From: Gracilinanus agilis
Lineage: Eukaryota
Assembly (NCBI RefSeq): GCF_016433145.1
Contig: NC_058131.1
Location: 602,456,185 to 602,520,184 of the forward strand
DNA length: 64,000 bases
Reading direction: 5' to 3'
Within the stretch, counting starts at the first letter, position 1. Every line of letters begins with the position of its first letter. The notes beneath the pieces are model-generated. The model saw only the letters and a program-made list of their open reading frames with translations. It did not search any database and had not been told where the DNA came from. A program made the position numbers and the translations under genes. Below, piece after piece: positions 23,521 through 34,769 of this stretch.

Positions 23521-24985
23521 TTCAGTTTACAGTTCAGTTTACAGTTCCACTGACAGTGTATTAGTGTCCCCATTTTTCCACATCCCCTTCAACGTTTGTC
23601 ATTTTGGCCTTTTGTCTTTTTAGCCATTCCATTAGGAGGTGATATCTCAGGATTATTTTGACTTACATTTCTCTAGTGAATAATCATTTAGATAATTTTT
23701 TCATATAGTTTTGATTCCTTTTTCCCCCAATTTTCTGTTCATATCTTCTGACCATTTACCATTTGGAGAACATCTCATATTCTTATAAATTTGACAATAT
23801 TCCTTTGTTTATTTTAGGGCTGAAACCTCTATCTGAGAAACTGTCTATGAAATTTCTCCCCTCGATTTACTACTTTCATTCTAATCTTGGCTACATTAGT
23901 TTTATTTGTACAACTTCCCGTTTTAATTTAAGGTATTCAATTCTCAATTTGTATCTCATAACGCTTTCTATCTCTAGTTTTTTTTTATAAATTCTTTTCT
24001 TATCCATAAATCTGATAGATAATATGTTCCCTATTCTAATTTGCTTATGATAGCTCCCTTTATGTCCACGTCATATACATCCATTTTGATCTTATCTTGA
24101 TAAATGGCCTATATCTAGTTTCTGCCAGACTGCTTTCCAGCGTCCTCAACAATCTTTACCAAATAGTGAATTTTTACCCCAAAGCTTAGATTTTTATTTT
24201 AGTCAAAGGTCACTACATACTTTCACAATGATTTATTGTATGTCTGATCCATTCCACTGATCTACTTTTCCTTTTCTTAGTCAGTACCAGATAGTTTTGA
24301 TACCTGCTGTTTTATAATACGATCTTAAAATCTTAAAAAAAAAAAGCTTAAAATCTAGTGCTTCTACATCTTTTTCCTTTGCATTTTTTCATCAATTTCT
24401 TTTTAAAAACCCATTACCTTCTGTCTTAGAATCAATACTAAGTATTTGTTCCAAGGCAAAAGACCAGTAAGAGCAAGGCAATCATAGCTAAGTGACTTGT
24501 CCAAAGTCACATAGCTAAGAAGAGGCTGGATCTAAAATATGACCTACTATTTCTAGGCCAGGATTTCTATCCACTAAGCCCCTTTCATTAATTCCTTTGA
24601 AATTATTGACCTTTTGTTCTTCCAAATTAATTTTGTTATTTTTTCTAGTTCAATAAAATAATTTTTTCATAATTTAATGGAAGAATAACTAATAAAAATA
24701 TAAATTGCCTAGACTGATAGAGGAAAAATAGAATATCCAAATAAAACTATTTTAGAAAAAATAAATTGAACAGGCCATAAATGAACTTACCAAGAAAAAA
24801 GCATCAGAACTAGATGGATTTACTAGTGAATTATACCAAACATTTAAAGATCATCTAATTCCAATATTAAATGAATTATTTAGAACAATTGCTAAATAAG
24901 GAGTCTTGCCAAACTCCTATTATAACACAAATTTGGTGTTGATACTTAAACCAAGAAAAGCAGAAACAGAAAAAAACCTATATCA
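23521..24985 (-). mobile_element. L1 ORF2 fragment with an inverted segment (~24680-24985) and a SINE2-like insertion (~24402-24582)
   Basis: 23521-24680 is antisense late ORF2 (cagttccactgacagtgtattagtgtcccc); 24680-24985 is sense earlier ORF2 (ctagatggatttactagtgaattataccaaacatttaaaga). Confidence 0.8.
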
Positions 24986-25764
24986 TATTTACAAACTGTT
25001 TAGCATCACTAATGTTAAGTATAGATATTTTCTTTAAAAAAATTAGATTTTTGTTTATAACTTTTGTTTCCATATTTCCCTTTTCCTCTGTATTCCTCAT
25101 ATAGAGAACCATCCATATCTTATATGCAAAAAAGAAATGACATTTTCTTAATAAAAACTTTTACTTTATTTTAAGGCTTATTTCAGTGAGAAAAAGACTT
25201 ATTTTTAGAACATAGAGTACTCTTCACATAAAGGTTCTTTCAAATGATGGTCACTTGTTGAGGTCACAGAAAACATTCTTATACAGGTATTCATGAATCT
25301 AGATGCCCTCTGAGGTCCCCCATATTCTGTGATTCTTTCTATATTTCTATATTCTAATGAGAGGATTTGGATATGTGGCCAAAATCAACTCATTCTTCCT
25401 ATTTATTGACAGTTCAGCCTAACTGAAGACAGAGTACTTGGGAGGAAATAACTAGCTTTCTGAATATTTGAGAATTAGAAAGAACAACCCTTGCCTCAGA
25501 GAAATGATTTGAGAAAATATTTCCTGTTGCTAACTTTGCACAGATGAGGGATCCATGGTTATAGAATTTTTAGAGTTTTTTTTTTCAATGCATTCATAAA
25601 TTTTCCACCCCTCTCCCATTATCTTTTTCTTTAAAAAAAATTTTTGTTATATTGGATGGCTTACTGGCAGAGGAAAAAGGTAGAGATTCAGGGGAAAATT
25701 TAGGTGATATAATAACAAAAGATGCCAATAAAATTTTATTTTGAAAAGATAAGGATAGGCTTCT

Positions 25765-25978
25765 TGTTGTTCAGTCAATTCAATCATGTCAGACCCTATG
25801 AACCATACTGTCCATGGAGTTTTCTTGTCAAAGATTTCTTTTCCAGTGGAATAAAGCAAACAGAGACCAAGTGACTTGCCTAGGATCACACAACCAGTAA
25901 ATGTCTGAGACCAATTCAAAATCAGGTCTTCCTCTCTCAAGCCCCAACATTCTATCAACTGAACCATCTAACTGCCAC
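25765..25978 (-). mobile_element. Mar1 CORE-RTE SINE
   Basis: ttgttgttcagtc...ggagttttcttgtcaaagat...gtgacttgcctaggatcacac. Confidence 0.8.
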
Positions 25979-26209
25979 TTATAATAGTCTGGTAGGCTTC
26001 TATTAGTTTGGTCTTTTCTAAGAGATATTATTTTCCAAACCTTGAGTCATCCTGTGTGCCTTTCCAGTTCTAATATTAAAGTGAACTAGGTAATAGAATA
26101 TTAGATCTGAAGTCAGGAAGACGAGTTCAAATCCAGCCTAAGATTAAGATCTTTTATTATAAATTGAGATTATTGATACTAAGTATTGGTTCCAAGGCAG
26201 AAAAGCTTT

Positions 26210-27260
26210 AAGAGCCCTATGATATCTCCAAGATCAAATACAAAATCCTATTTGGCTCTGAAAGTCCTTCATATCATGGCCCCTTCCTACCTGAACAGTC
26301 TTCTTATAATTTACTCTCCTAAGTGTATTCTGTGATGAATTATAGTCCCAGTTATACTAATAACTACTATCTGGCTTCTTTTCCATTCTTAGAATAAGAC
26401 ATAGCATCTTCTGATTCCATACATTTCCCCTGGATGTCTCTCATACCTGAACTTTTCTCCCTCTTTATGTCTACCATCTGATTTCCCTGGTTTCTTTCAA
26501 ATACCAAGTAAAATCTCTCCTGGAGTGTATAAGTATGTAGGCAGGACTAGCACCTCTGATATGAGGGCTTGCCAAGCCCCTTTCAGAGGTGCTCTTCCAC
26601 CTTTGGTACCCAACTATCACCCAATTTACCTATGGCTCCAAGAAGCTAGCATGTACAGTTGCCACATCCTAGCAAAACTATCTGACAAATGGTCTAAACC
26701 AGATTGAGGGTAGGGGAATGTTTCCTCTAAACATGTTGAGACTTCATAATGGGTAGATGAGAATAATTGTTCCAATAGCCATGAAGGTGACTGAAGTGGA
26801 GAGCTAAGCCATCAAAGATGTCAAGGTCATCCACTACATCCTGGGCCATTTGCATTCTAACTTTTGCCTTACTTCTCAACTTTGATGACTCTGAAACAGA
26901 GAGTGAGGCCAATAACTTTGTTCAACTCTGCCTCACTTAAATCCAATTCACATGTAAGTTGAGATATCACCTTTTCATGCCATTGGCTCTCTTCATAAAC
27001 AAAGGACGAGCAATAAGATTCCTCTTAAGAAGTCTTTCCTGATGCCCTTCTCCAGTTTATTCTTTCTATATTTTGTTTGTATCTAGTTATTGCATGTTGT
27101 CTGCTCCATTCTGTGAGTTTCTAATGGATAGGACCATCATTGTTTTTCTTTATGTTCCCATTGTTTAGAACAGTGCCTGACACTATTATATATATACATA
27201 TATATATGTATATATATTACATGTTATATATAATATTATACTATACACTATTTTGGTTCA
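26210..27260 (+). mobile_element. L2 3' region with an MdoRep1-like insertion (~26745-27015)
   Basis: L2 tail motifs on both sides; the insert has ggtcatccactacatcctgggcc...ctctgcctcacttaaatccaattcac. A related minus-strand piece lies at ~41395-41520. Confidence 0.65.
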
Positions 27261-28260
27261 GTAAATGCTTGCTGAATTGATTTATTGACTCCTTTTTCTG
27301 CCTATAGAGTCCAAGCAAAAAAAAAATCTCAACATATTTCACATGACAGACAATTCTTAAGATATTTGAAACATTCATATTCACCTCAACGCTTCTCTTT
27401 TTTTTTTAATTAAACATCTTACACTTGATCTTTGCCAAAAAACTTTGACTTAGAGTTAGGTATGACAAGGGTTTCTGTCTTACATTTGATATTCTCTAGC
27501 TGTAGGACCATGGTTTAGTTTCTGAACTTCTTGTTGCCTCTCTTTTTTTCAATTGTTCTGTTTACTTCATTGGGTTGTTATGAAGGCCAAATGTACCAAT
27601 GCATATAAAATGCTTTACAAATTTTAAAGTATTATTTAAATGTCAGCCCCTCCTATATGGTATGGTTTCAAGATCTCTCACAACTGTTTGTCCTTCTCTG
27701 AACATGTTTCATCTTATCAATATCCTTTCTAAAATGTGGTACCCAGAACTGAATACAATACTGCAGGTATAACCTGACCACAGCAGGGCCAAGTTGAACT
27801 ACTTTTTCCTCATTTAAAACATCATACATCTATATTTGTGTCCTAAGATCTGTTATGTATAATATTGATCTTATTGACAATATTGATATTGATGGCCAGT
27901 CAATATTGATAGACTAACACTGTCAGGGGGCTCAAGTGGAAGGCAGTTGATAAACTAGCTGGGGCAGCTTAATCAAACAATATTTATTTATAATTAAGAG
28001 AAAGGACAGGGACAGGATAAAAGGTAAAAATAAAGTAGGATCTATTAAATCTAACACTAAGATTTCTAACTATATCCCCAAACCCCTCTGTCCTGCAAGG
28101 GACTGCTTCTTGTTAACCTGGGTGAGCCTACATTGATCTATTGTTACTATCTAAAGATTAAATCTATTTAACTAAAGCTATCCTAATAGATGATCTTAAA
28201 ACTATATAATTCTCCTTAAATTATCTTTAAAAATTTTCCAGCTGCCTTAAACTAATTGTC

Positions 28261-28445
28261 TTTTTTTTTTAACTCTTAACTTCTGTGTATTGGCTCCTAG
28301 GTGGAAGAGTGGTAAGGGTGGGCAATGGGGGTCAAGTGACTTGCCCAGGGTCACACAGCTGGGAAGTGTCTGAGGTCGGATTTGAAACCAGGACCTCCCG
28401 TCTCTAGGCCTGACTCTCAATCCACTGAGCTACCCAGCTGCCCCC
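28261..28445 (-). mobile_element. SINE1_Mdo, full length, young
   Basis: Complete element with a 15-bp TSD TAAACTAATTGTCTT (28248-28262 / 28446-28460). Confidence 0.95.
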
Positions 28446-28530
28446 TAAACTAATTGTCTTCTAATGACAGTTAGGATCAGTTTCCTCTCAGCAGGGCACC
28501 TGAAATTGACTCTGCTTTAGTGAGAGGAAA

Positions 28531-28549
28531 TAGCGCCCCCTCTGGCCGC
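28531..28549 (-). promoter_or_regulatory. CTCF-like motif inside the LTR
   Basis: Minus strand GCGGCCAGAGGGGGCGCTA; the 3' 11 nt match the consensus exactly, the 5' half is weaker. Confidence 0.4.
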
Positions 28550-29653
28550 TTTTCTCTCTCGCAGAAAAGCTGTCACTAACAAATTTTCAGATAAAAAGAT
28601 GTTTCTCAACTTCTCCAGAGTTGACTCTCATGAAAATCCTTCAAAGATTGATCAGAGCAAAATCTCTAGCCACCTGCTTCAAGCGAGTAAGCACCAGAGA
28701 GTGACCAGTACTCTATCTTTCCTATCATGCAATTCTCTTAAAGTGACCCACAGATAATTCTGCTCTTCCCTGCTTAAAGTAGCCAAAATAAAATTCAAAA
28801 CTCTTTCTCTAGACTAAACCCTTACTTCTAAATAAGTTAATTAGCTAATTAAATTCTTATCCTAACAGATCCCATTGGCTTTTTTTTTTTCAGGCTGCCA
28901 TGCCACCTTGTTGACTCATGTTGAGCTTGAAATCCACTAACACCCCAGGTGTCTTTTCCACTTGAATTATTATCTAGACATATCTCCCACACCCTGTATT
29001 TATATGGATGATTTAAAAAAATACATACACACAAGCACAGGATTTTATTTCTATCCTTATTAAGTTCTGTTTGTCAGATGTTGCACATTGTTCTAACTTG
29101 TCAAGGACATTTTAGATCCTAATTCTGCAATAGCCAAAATTAACTATTCCTTTTAGTTTGGTGTCATCAATACATTTGCTAAGTGTGTTATCTATGCTTC
29201 ACTTAGGTCAATGGTAACAGTGAAATGGGATCAAAGATAAATCCCTGGGGACCATTGAAGTAGAGACCTCCCTTTAAACTGTCATGTATTGCAGGCAGGT
29301 AGGAGGCTTAGTGGATTGAAAGCCAGGTTTAGGGAGGGAAGGACATAGATTCAAATCTGATTGTAAAAATTTTTAATCATCATATTTATTTATGACTATT
29401 CTTTGAATTCAGATATTTAATTGCTCCAGAATCTGCCTAGCATCCAGACCATCTCTCTCCATTTTGTTCAAAATGGTGTCATGAAAGATTTTGACAGATG
29501 CCTTGCTGAAGTCTAGGCATAGTACATCTAAGGCATTTTTTTGATCTATCAGTCTAATAACTTTATTTTTTTTTTAAAAGCAAGCTTAAACTAAAATGAC
29601 CTATTCAGATTTATAGAGTTTTGGGAACTGGAAAGGGTCTTAGAGGTCATCTA

Positions 29654-29775
29654 ATACAATATCACATTCTATAGATGAGAAAATTAAGATGCAGAAATAT
29701 GTTATGAAGAGTTTATACAATGTCACATTCTACAGATGAGAAAATTAAGATACAGAAATATGTTATGAAGATTTT
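29654..29775 (+). repeat. 2 x 61-bp tandem duplication within a MIR3 fragment
   Basis: atacaat(a/g)tcacattcta(t/c)agatgagaaaattaagat(g/a)cagaaatatgttatgaaga(g/t)ttt occurs twice, with 4 mismatches. Confidence 0.92.
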
Positions 29776-30184
29776 ACCTTTAGAAAATAATTGTTCTTTG
29801 AAAAGTTGCTTTTCAATTTTTTCAATTTTTGAAATTTAGAAGTGACATCAAGTAACTTAAATACTTTAAGTTTTCATTATAAAGAGGAAGAAATGTCAGG
29901 AGATGATAATCAGAGAGAGACTTGTAGGCACTCAGATAAACTATATTCTGATCAAAAGACAAATGACACAGAAACTGAGGTAGACAGAAAGTAGTGATAT
30001 AGAATCATTCACCACCTTTTCTTTTCTGAAATAGGATACAGATTCTAGAATAACAGTCCATCAAGAAAATATTAAGTCAGAAGACTTGAGTTCAGTCTTG
30101 GATTTGCTTGTTACAGCCTGGAAAATCTTAAGTAAGACAGAGATTTCTATGGTTAATTAATACTGGAAAACATGGTGAAGTTTC

Positions 30185-31580
30185 TATCAACTAATCAACA
30201 AGCACTTATCACTGGTCACTATGTTAGGTTCCAGGGATAGTAAGACAAAAATAGAGCATCCCCTTCTCTCAATGAATTTACATTCTGTGGGAGGAGATAA
30301 CATGTATGTATCTAAACATATACATAATAAATATAATTTTTTGAAAGAGAAGGTATTATATTGGGGAATCAGGAAAAGCTTCATGAGGAAAGAGAGGTTT
30401 GAGTTGTTTTTTGAAGGAAATAAGGAAATCTGAAGACTCAGGGTAAAGAGGGAATGCCTTCCTCTGGATTAGCTACCATAGTTAGAACAAAGTTAAGAGT
30501 AAGGAAAATGGAGCTCATTGTGTGAGGAATGGTAGTGCTAATGGATGATTAGACTAGACTATTCAAATAAAAGTGTATTTAGTAATATAGTTCATAGAAA
30601 TCTAGAGAGAGTAAAGGGAGAAATACTTTGTATTATATATTTTTATAGAAAGATAGGTCATTGTCAGATTTCTGCAGGTTTTAAGATTCAGAGGAAAAAT
30701 TTTATATTTTATTCTAAACATGATAAGAGTCCAATAAAAGTTTTGAATTGAGAAGGAAAAGATCCAATCTGTGTATTAGGAAAATTATTTTGATATTTGT
30801 GTGGAAGACAGGATGGGGCTAGGGAAGAGACAATAAGCAGGGAGACTAATTATCTATGTACATTTTGTATACTTCCCTAGTAAAAGACATGTTCCTTTAG
30901 GTTTGAGATTCTTTTGTTTTGTTTTATTTTTTGATTGTATCCTTAGGTTCTGAGTCAGTGGCTTACTCATAGTAGGTGTATAATAAATATTTGTGGAATA
31001 AATAAATAAGTGAAGGAAAGGTCCAAATGTGAGATAATGATTTATGATAGTGATCATATGAGTAGGGAGAGAGGATAAGACTCGATGACTTATTAGATTT
31101 AGGAGAAGAAGGTAGAAGAGTAAATTGAAGATGATTGTGAAGTTATAAGCCCTGATAACTAGGAGAATCTTGGTGCTCTTGCCATTAAAAAGAAAAGGGA
31201 TTTTAAAGAAGGAACAAATTTGGACATGTTTTATTTTAGAACTTGATGAAACAGATAGGGCAGGGGTCAACCTTTTTGGCCGTGAGAGCCATAAATGCCA
31301 CATTTTTTTAAAATGTAATTTCATGAGAGCCTTACAATGCTCACAGTGCTCGCTCCTGTAACAGCACCTGAAAAAAAATTGACTTTATGGCTCCTGCAGA
31401 AAGAGTCATATGTTGCCGTCCCCTGAGATAGGGGGAAATTCCCAGGATGCAGTGGTTGATGTGGGACTAGAATTCAGAAAAGGGAATAGGCCTGGATATA
31501 TAGATTTTGGAATCATTGGTAGAAAGATGCTAATTGTACCCAGGAGAGCTAAGAAGGCAGAGGGAAGGAAATATAGACTA
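30185..31580 (-). mobile_element. L2 fragments
   Basis: L2 3' tail (atcaacaagcacttatc...gttccagggatagtaagac) and purine-rich body. Explains ORFs 30187-31410. Confidence 0.7.
31261..31425 (+). mobile_element. hAT-Charlie MITE (OposCharlie-type), 165 bp
   Basis: TIRs caggggtc(ggc)aac / gttgccgtcccctg; perfect 8-bp TSD AGATAGGG (31253-31260 / 31426-31433). Confidence 0.92.
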
Positions 31581-32984
31581 CACTTGTTAAAACCACTTAT
31601 CTAAAAGTGTTTATAGCCATTTTCTTTGTTTTTGGTTTTTTTTTTTCTGAAAAAATAATAAAAAAAAAACAAAAACTTTCTAATACTAATGCAAAGGCTG
31701 GTTCGTTTTTTCTTACCCAGCAAGCCAAGCCCTAATGACTTCACTAAACAGAATTGTATTAAAAAATACACCTTCATATGCAAAGAGCCTGCTTTCTGAT
31801 GGTCCAGGGACTTCAGGGGGTGTGACAGTGTTGGTGGATTAAAACAAATGGATACAGTCAGCAGCGTTTCAATCATGTATCCCAAAGACTGTTCTGGAAT
31901 CCTTGGGATGGCTTTATTTTTTATAACCTTTTCTTAAGATTACATACAAGTTTCATTCTCCCCATACATCTTTTCTTAGAGATAATGGATTAAGTCATAC
32001 ATGAACTTCTACTGAATTACAAAATCATCTGATTGGCATTTCTTAATTATTCTATTTTCTTTGATTATACAAAGGATGCAAAAGCTTGGCAAGAATTATT
32101 CATCATGGAATAGCTGGGCTGGAAATTACCATTCCCACCCATCTGTGGGGCACAGGGCATGCATTTCTGCTAAGAAGAATGGTCCATTACATTTTGACCA
32201 ATCAAGTTAGGCATGATTATTCTCTACTCTATTCAGATGTATAATTAATTAGTTATGATTCATTATGCTAGTTGATTATACAATTACATTATAAATCAGA
32301 ATTCAAAAGATATAATAATCCCAATCCGGTCCAAATATTGTTTCAATAGTAGCCTTTCATTTTTCAATATTTTTCAAAGGTGAGTTTGTTCTGTTCCTTG
32401 AATTCTGGGGTTTAACGAGAACAGTCCAGAGATAACGCTCTAATTTTTCATCCCTTGTCCTCCCTTCTTTTTGTGTTAGCATTCCACATGAAGGATCAGG
32501 GAAACTTAAGGGTAATCTTCCAAGTTTCTGTGTATGGGAATTGAAAATTCTAAAGTGCAATTTTTCTGGGGTTTTAAAATCTTTAATGTTATCTCACGAA
32601 TTGCTGGTTTGTTGTGGAGAGACTTTTAGGGGAATTTCTGTATTAATACATGTAAAGGTGGGAATTTCCTAGGAGTCTGTAGGGGGTCTGTAAAAGCTCT
32701 AGTAACAGGCTTTACTATTCTTCTGTATTTCCCTGGGGATGAATAGAGATATTGATCACGATAATTCCAATAAGGACTCCAATAAGGAGTCATGTGGCGG
32801 GATCTTGAGTGGGGGTAACCATCCTCCCTAGAATCCTCTCTGCAGTTCTAGGATCCCATCTGAGACCTTGTCATTCAGAATGGGGTTTGATGGTCCTCGG
32901 CATTCAAAGTATTGCTACAACTTGAGCAAATAAGTTCAGAAAAAGCTAGACAAATGCTATATAAGTTGGATTACTATATAAGAC

Positions 32985-33420
32985 AGTCTTGAAAGCCACC
33001 CTTGCTTAGGAAGAGAGGTGGCTCAGCAAAGGAGTCCAAGAGCTCTGAGGAAGCACTAGACAGGTAGGAGAGGAATCAGGATAGCAATGTCACAGAAACC
33101 AAAGGAGGAGAGAATATCCAGGAGAAGGCGGTGGTCAGAAGCATCAAATGCAGCACAGTGGTCACAGAGGATAAGGACTGAGAAAATGTCATTGGTTTTT
33201 AGCTTTAAGAGACCATTGCTAGATAAACTTGGGGAAGAGTATATTCAGTTGCATGTTTGGGTCAGAAACCAGATCACAAGAGATTGCGTGGGAGGGGAGG
33301 AGCACAAATGGTAAGCATTGACTACATAGATTGTCTGCCCTTCTGATTGAAGCGAGTGCTCAAACACTAGGAAGTGGTTATTATGACAGAAAGGCATTTC
33401 TATGAATTCATGATAAACAA
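32985..33420 (-). mobile_element. L2 fragment
   Basis: gtcacagaaaccaaaggaggagagaatatccaggagaagg...agcatcaaatgcagcacag...aggataaggactgagaaa. Confidence 0.8.
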
Positions 33421-33699
33421 CAAGATAGAAGTTAACCACAGGTATAAATACGTAGGAGGAGAAAAAATAAGACCCTATTGGACCTTTTCAACAATAAAGT
33501 CATAGTTTCCCTAACTAAATAAGACCTGACTAAACTTACTAGTATCTGGGGGAGTATATTAATAATATTAATTAAAAACAATGACAACATTAGGGTGCTT
33601 TATTTATAAACCTGTCAGATATGTAATATATTTCATAATAATAATAATTTTATAATCAGTCAGTGAACTAGCATTTATCAAAGACCCACTCTATACCAG

Positions 33700-33985
33700 G
33701 TGGGCAGCTTAGTGGCACAGTGGATAGAGTGCCAAAATTGGAGTCAGGAAGACTCTTGTTCCTTAATCCAAAAATGGCCTCAGACAATTATTAGTTGTAT
33801 GATCCTGGGCAAGTCATTTAACCTCTGTTTTCTTCAGTTTTCTCATCTGTAAAATAAGGATAATAATAGCACCTTCTTCCCAGGGTATTTATGAGGATCA
33901 AATGGGATAATAATGATAAAGCGCTTAGTACAATGTCTGCTATATACTAAGTACTATATAAATGTTATTTATTTATTATTATGTA
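33700..33985 (+). mobile_element. MIR
   Basis: tRNA head, CORE (cagttttctcatctgtaaaat) and MIR tail (gtactatataaatgttatttattt). Confidence 0.8.
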
Positions 33986-34454
33986 CAAGACACTATGATA
34001 GGTACTAAAAATAGAAAGACAATAATGAAACAGTCTGCATATACTTTCCAGAAACTTACATTTGATCACAGAGAACTGAAGTGGCCCTAAGATATATTAT
34101 GATTTCTTAGATGTTATATAGTAAATCAGTGGCAGAGATGGGATTGATTAGAGTCCTAACTCCCTGCCCAACCCATTTCTGATTGTACCACATAGTTTGA
34201 AGACAGAGAAGAGAAAAGATTGGAAAAGACAAAAGAATAAACAGATAGAAAGCCAGAGACATACGATAGAAACTGGGACTATAGTATTCTTCTCCTAAGG
34301 AAAAAGAAATCTCCAAGTCTGAAATTTGTGATGACTTAAATGGGAAAAAGGGATAAACAGCTAGATATATTAACTCTTTAGAAATCAGGACATAATCTCT
34401 ATAGCAATTAGAGATGTTGTCCTTTGGATAGAGCAAAAGTAGGAAACTGTTATC

Positions 34455-34695
34455 GTTAAATTGTTTTTCAGTAATGTCTGATTCTTTGTGACTCCATTTG
34501 AAGATTTCCTGGCAAAGATACTGAAGTGGTTATCCATTTCCTTCTCCAGCTCATTTTATAGATATGGAGAATGACACAGCCAAGGTTGAGTGACTTGCCC
34601 AGGGTCATACAGCTAAGTGTCTAAGACCAGATTTGAACTCAGAAAGATGATTCTAGGACTGGTGCTCTAAACATTGTTTGACCTTGCTGCCCCAG
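34455..34695 (-). mobile_element. Mar1 CORE-RTE SINE
   Basis: ttcctggcaaagatactgaagtgg...gtgacttgcccagggtcatacagc. Confidence 0.85.
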
Positions 34696-34769
34696 GCAAC
34701 TGTTAGCTATTTTAATAAGAGCCCCTTGAAGATGTATCTTCAAGTGATTTCTTTAAAACTTAGTAGTAT

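Larger units (their letters stand above)
27851..28867. mobile_element. ERV solo LTR (ERV1-like 4-bp TSD)
   Basis: TGTTA...TAACA termini; TSD GATC at 27847-27850 and 28868-28871; interrupts a colinear L3. Confidence 0.8.
27300..29600 (-). mobile_element. L3/CR1 fragment split by a solo LTR
   Basis: L3 sequence ...gtgtcctaagatc resumes as gatcccattggctttt...ggctgccatgccaccttgttgactcatg after the LTR. Confidence 0.8.

Noticed and set aside
29885-30131. Acidic exon candidate (EEEMSGDDNQ...) and a second exon at 30035-30131
   Set aside because: The intron would be only 55 nt, the first donor is weak, and the second exon is largely MIR-derived.
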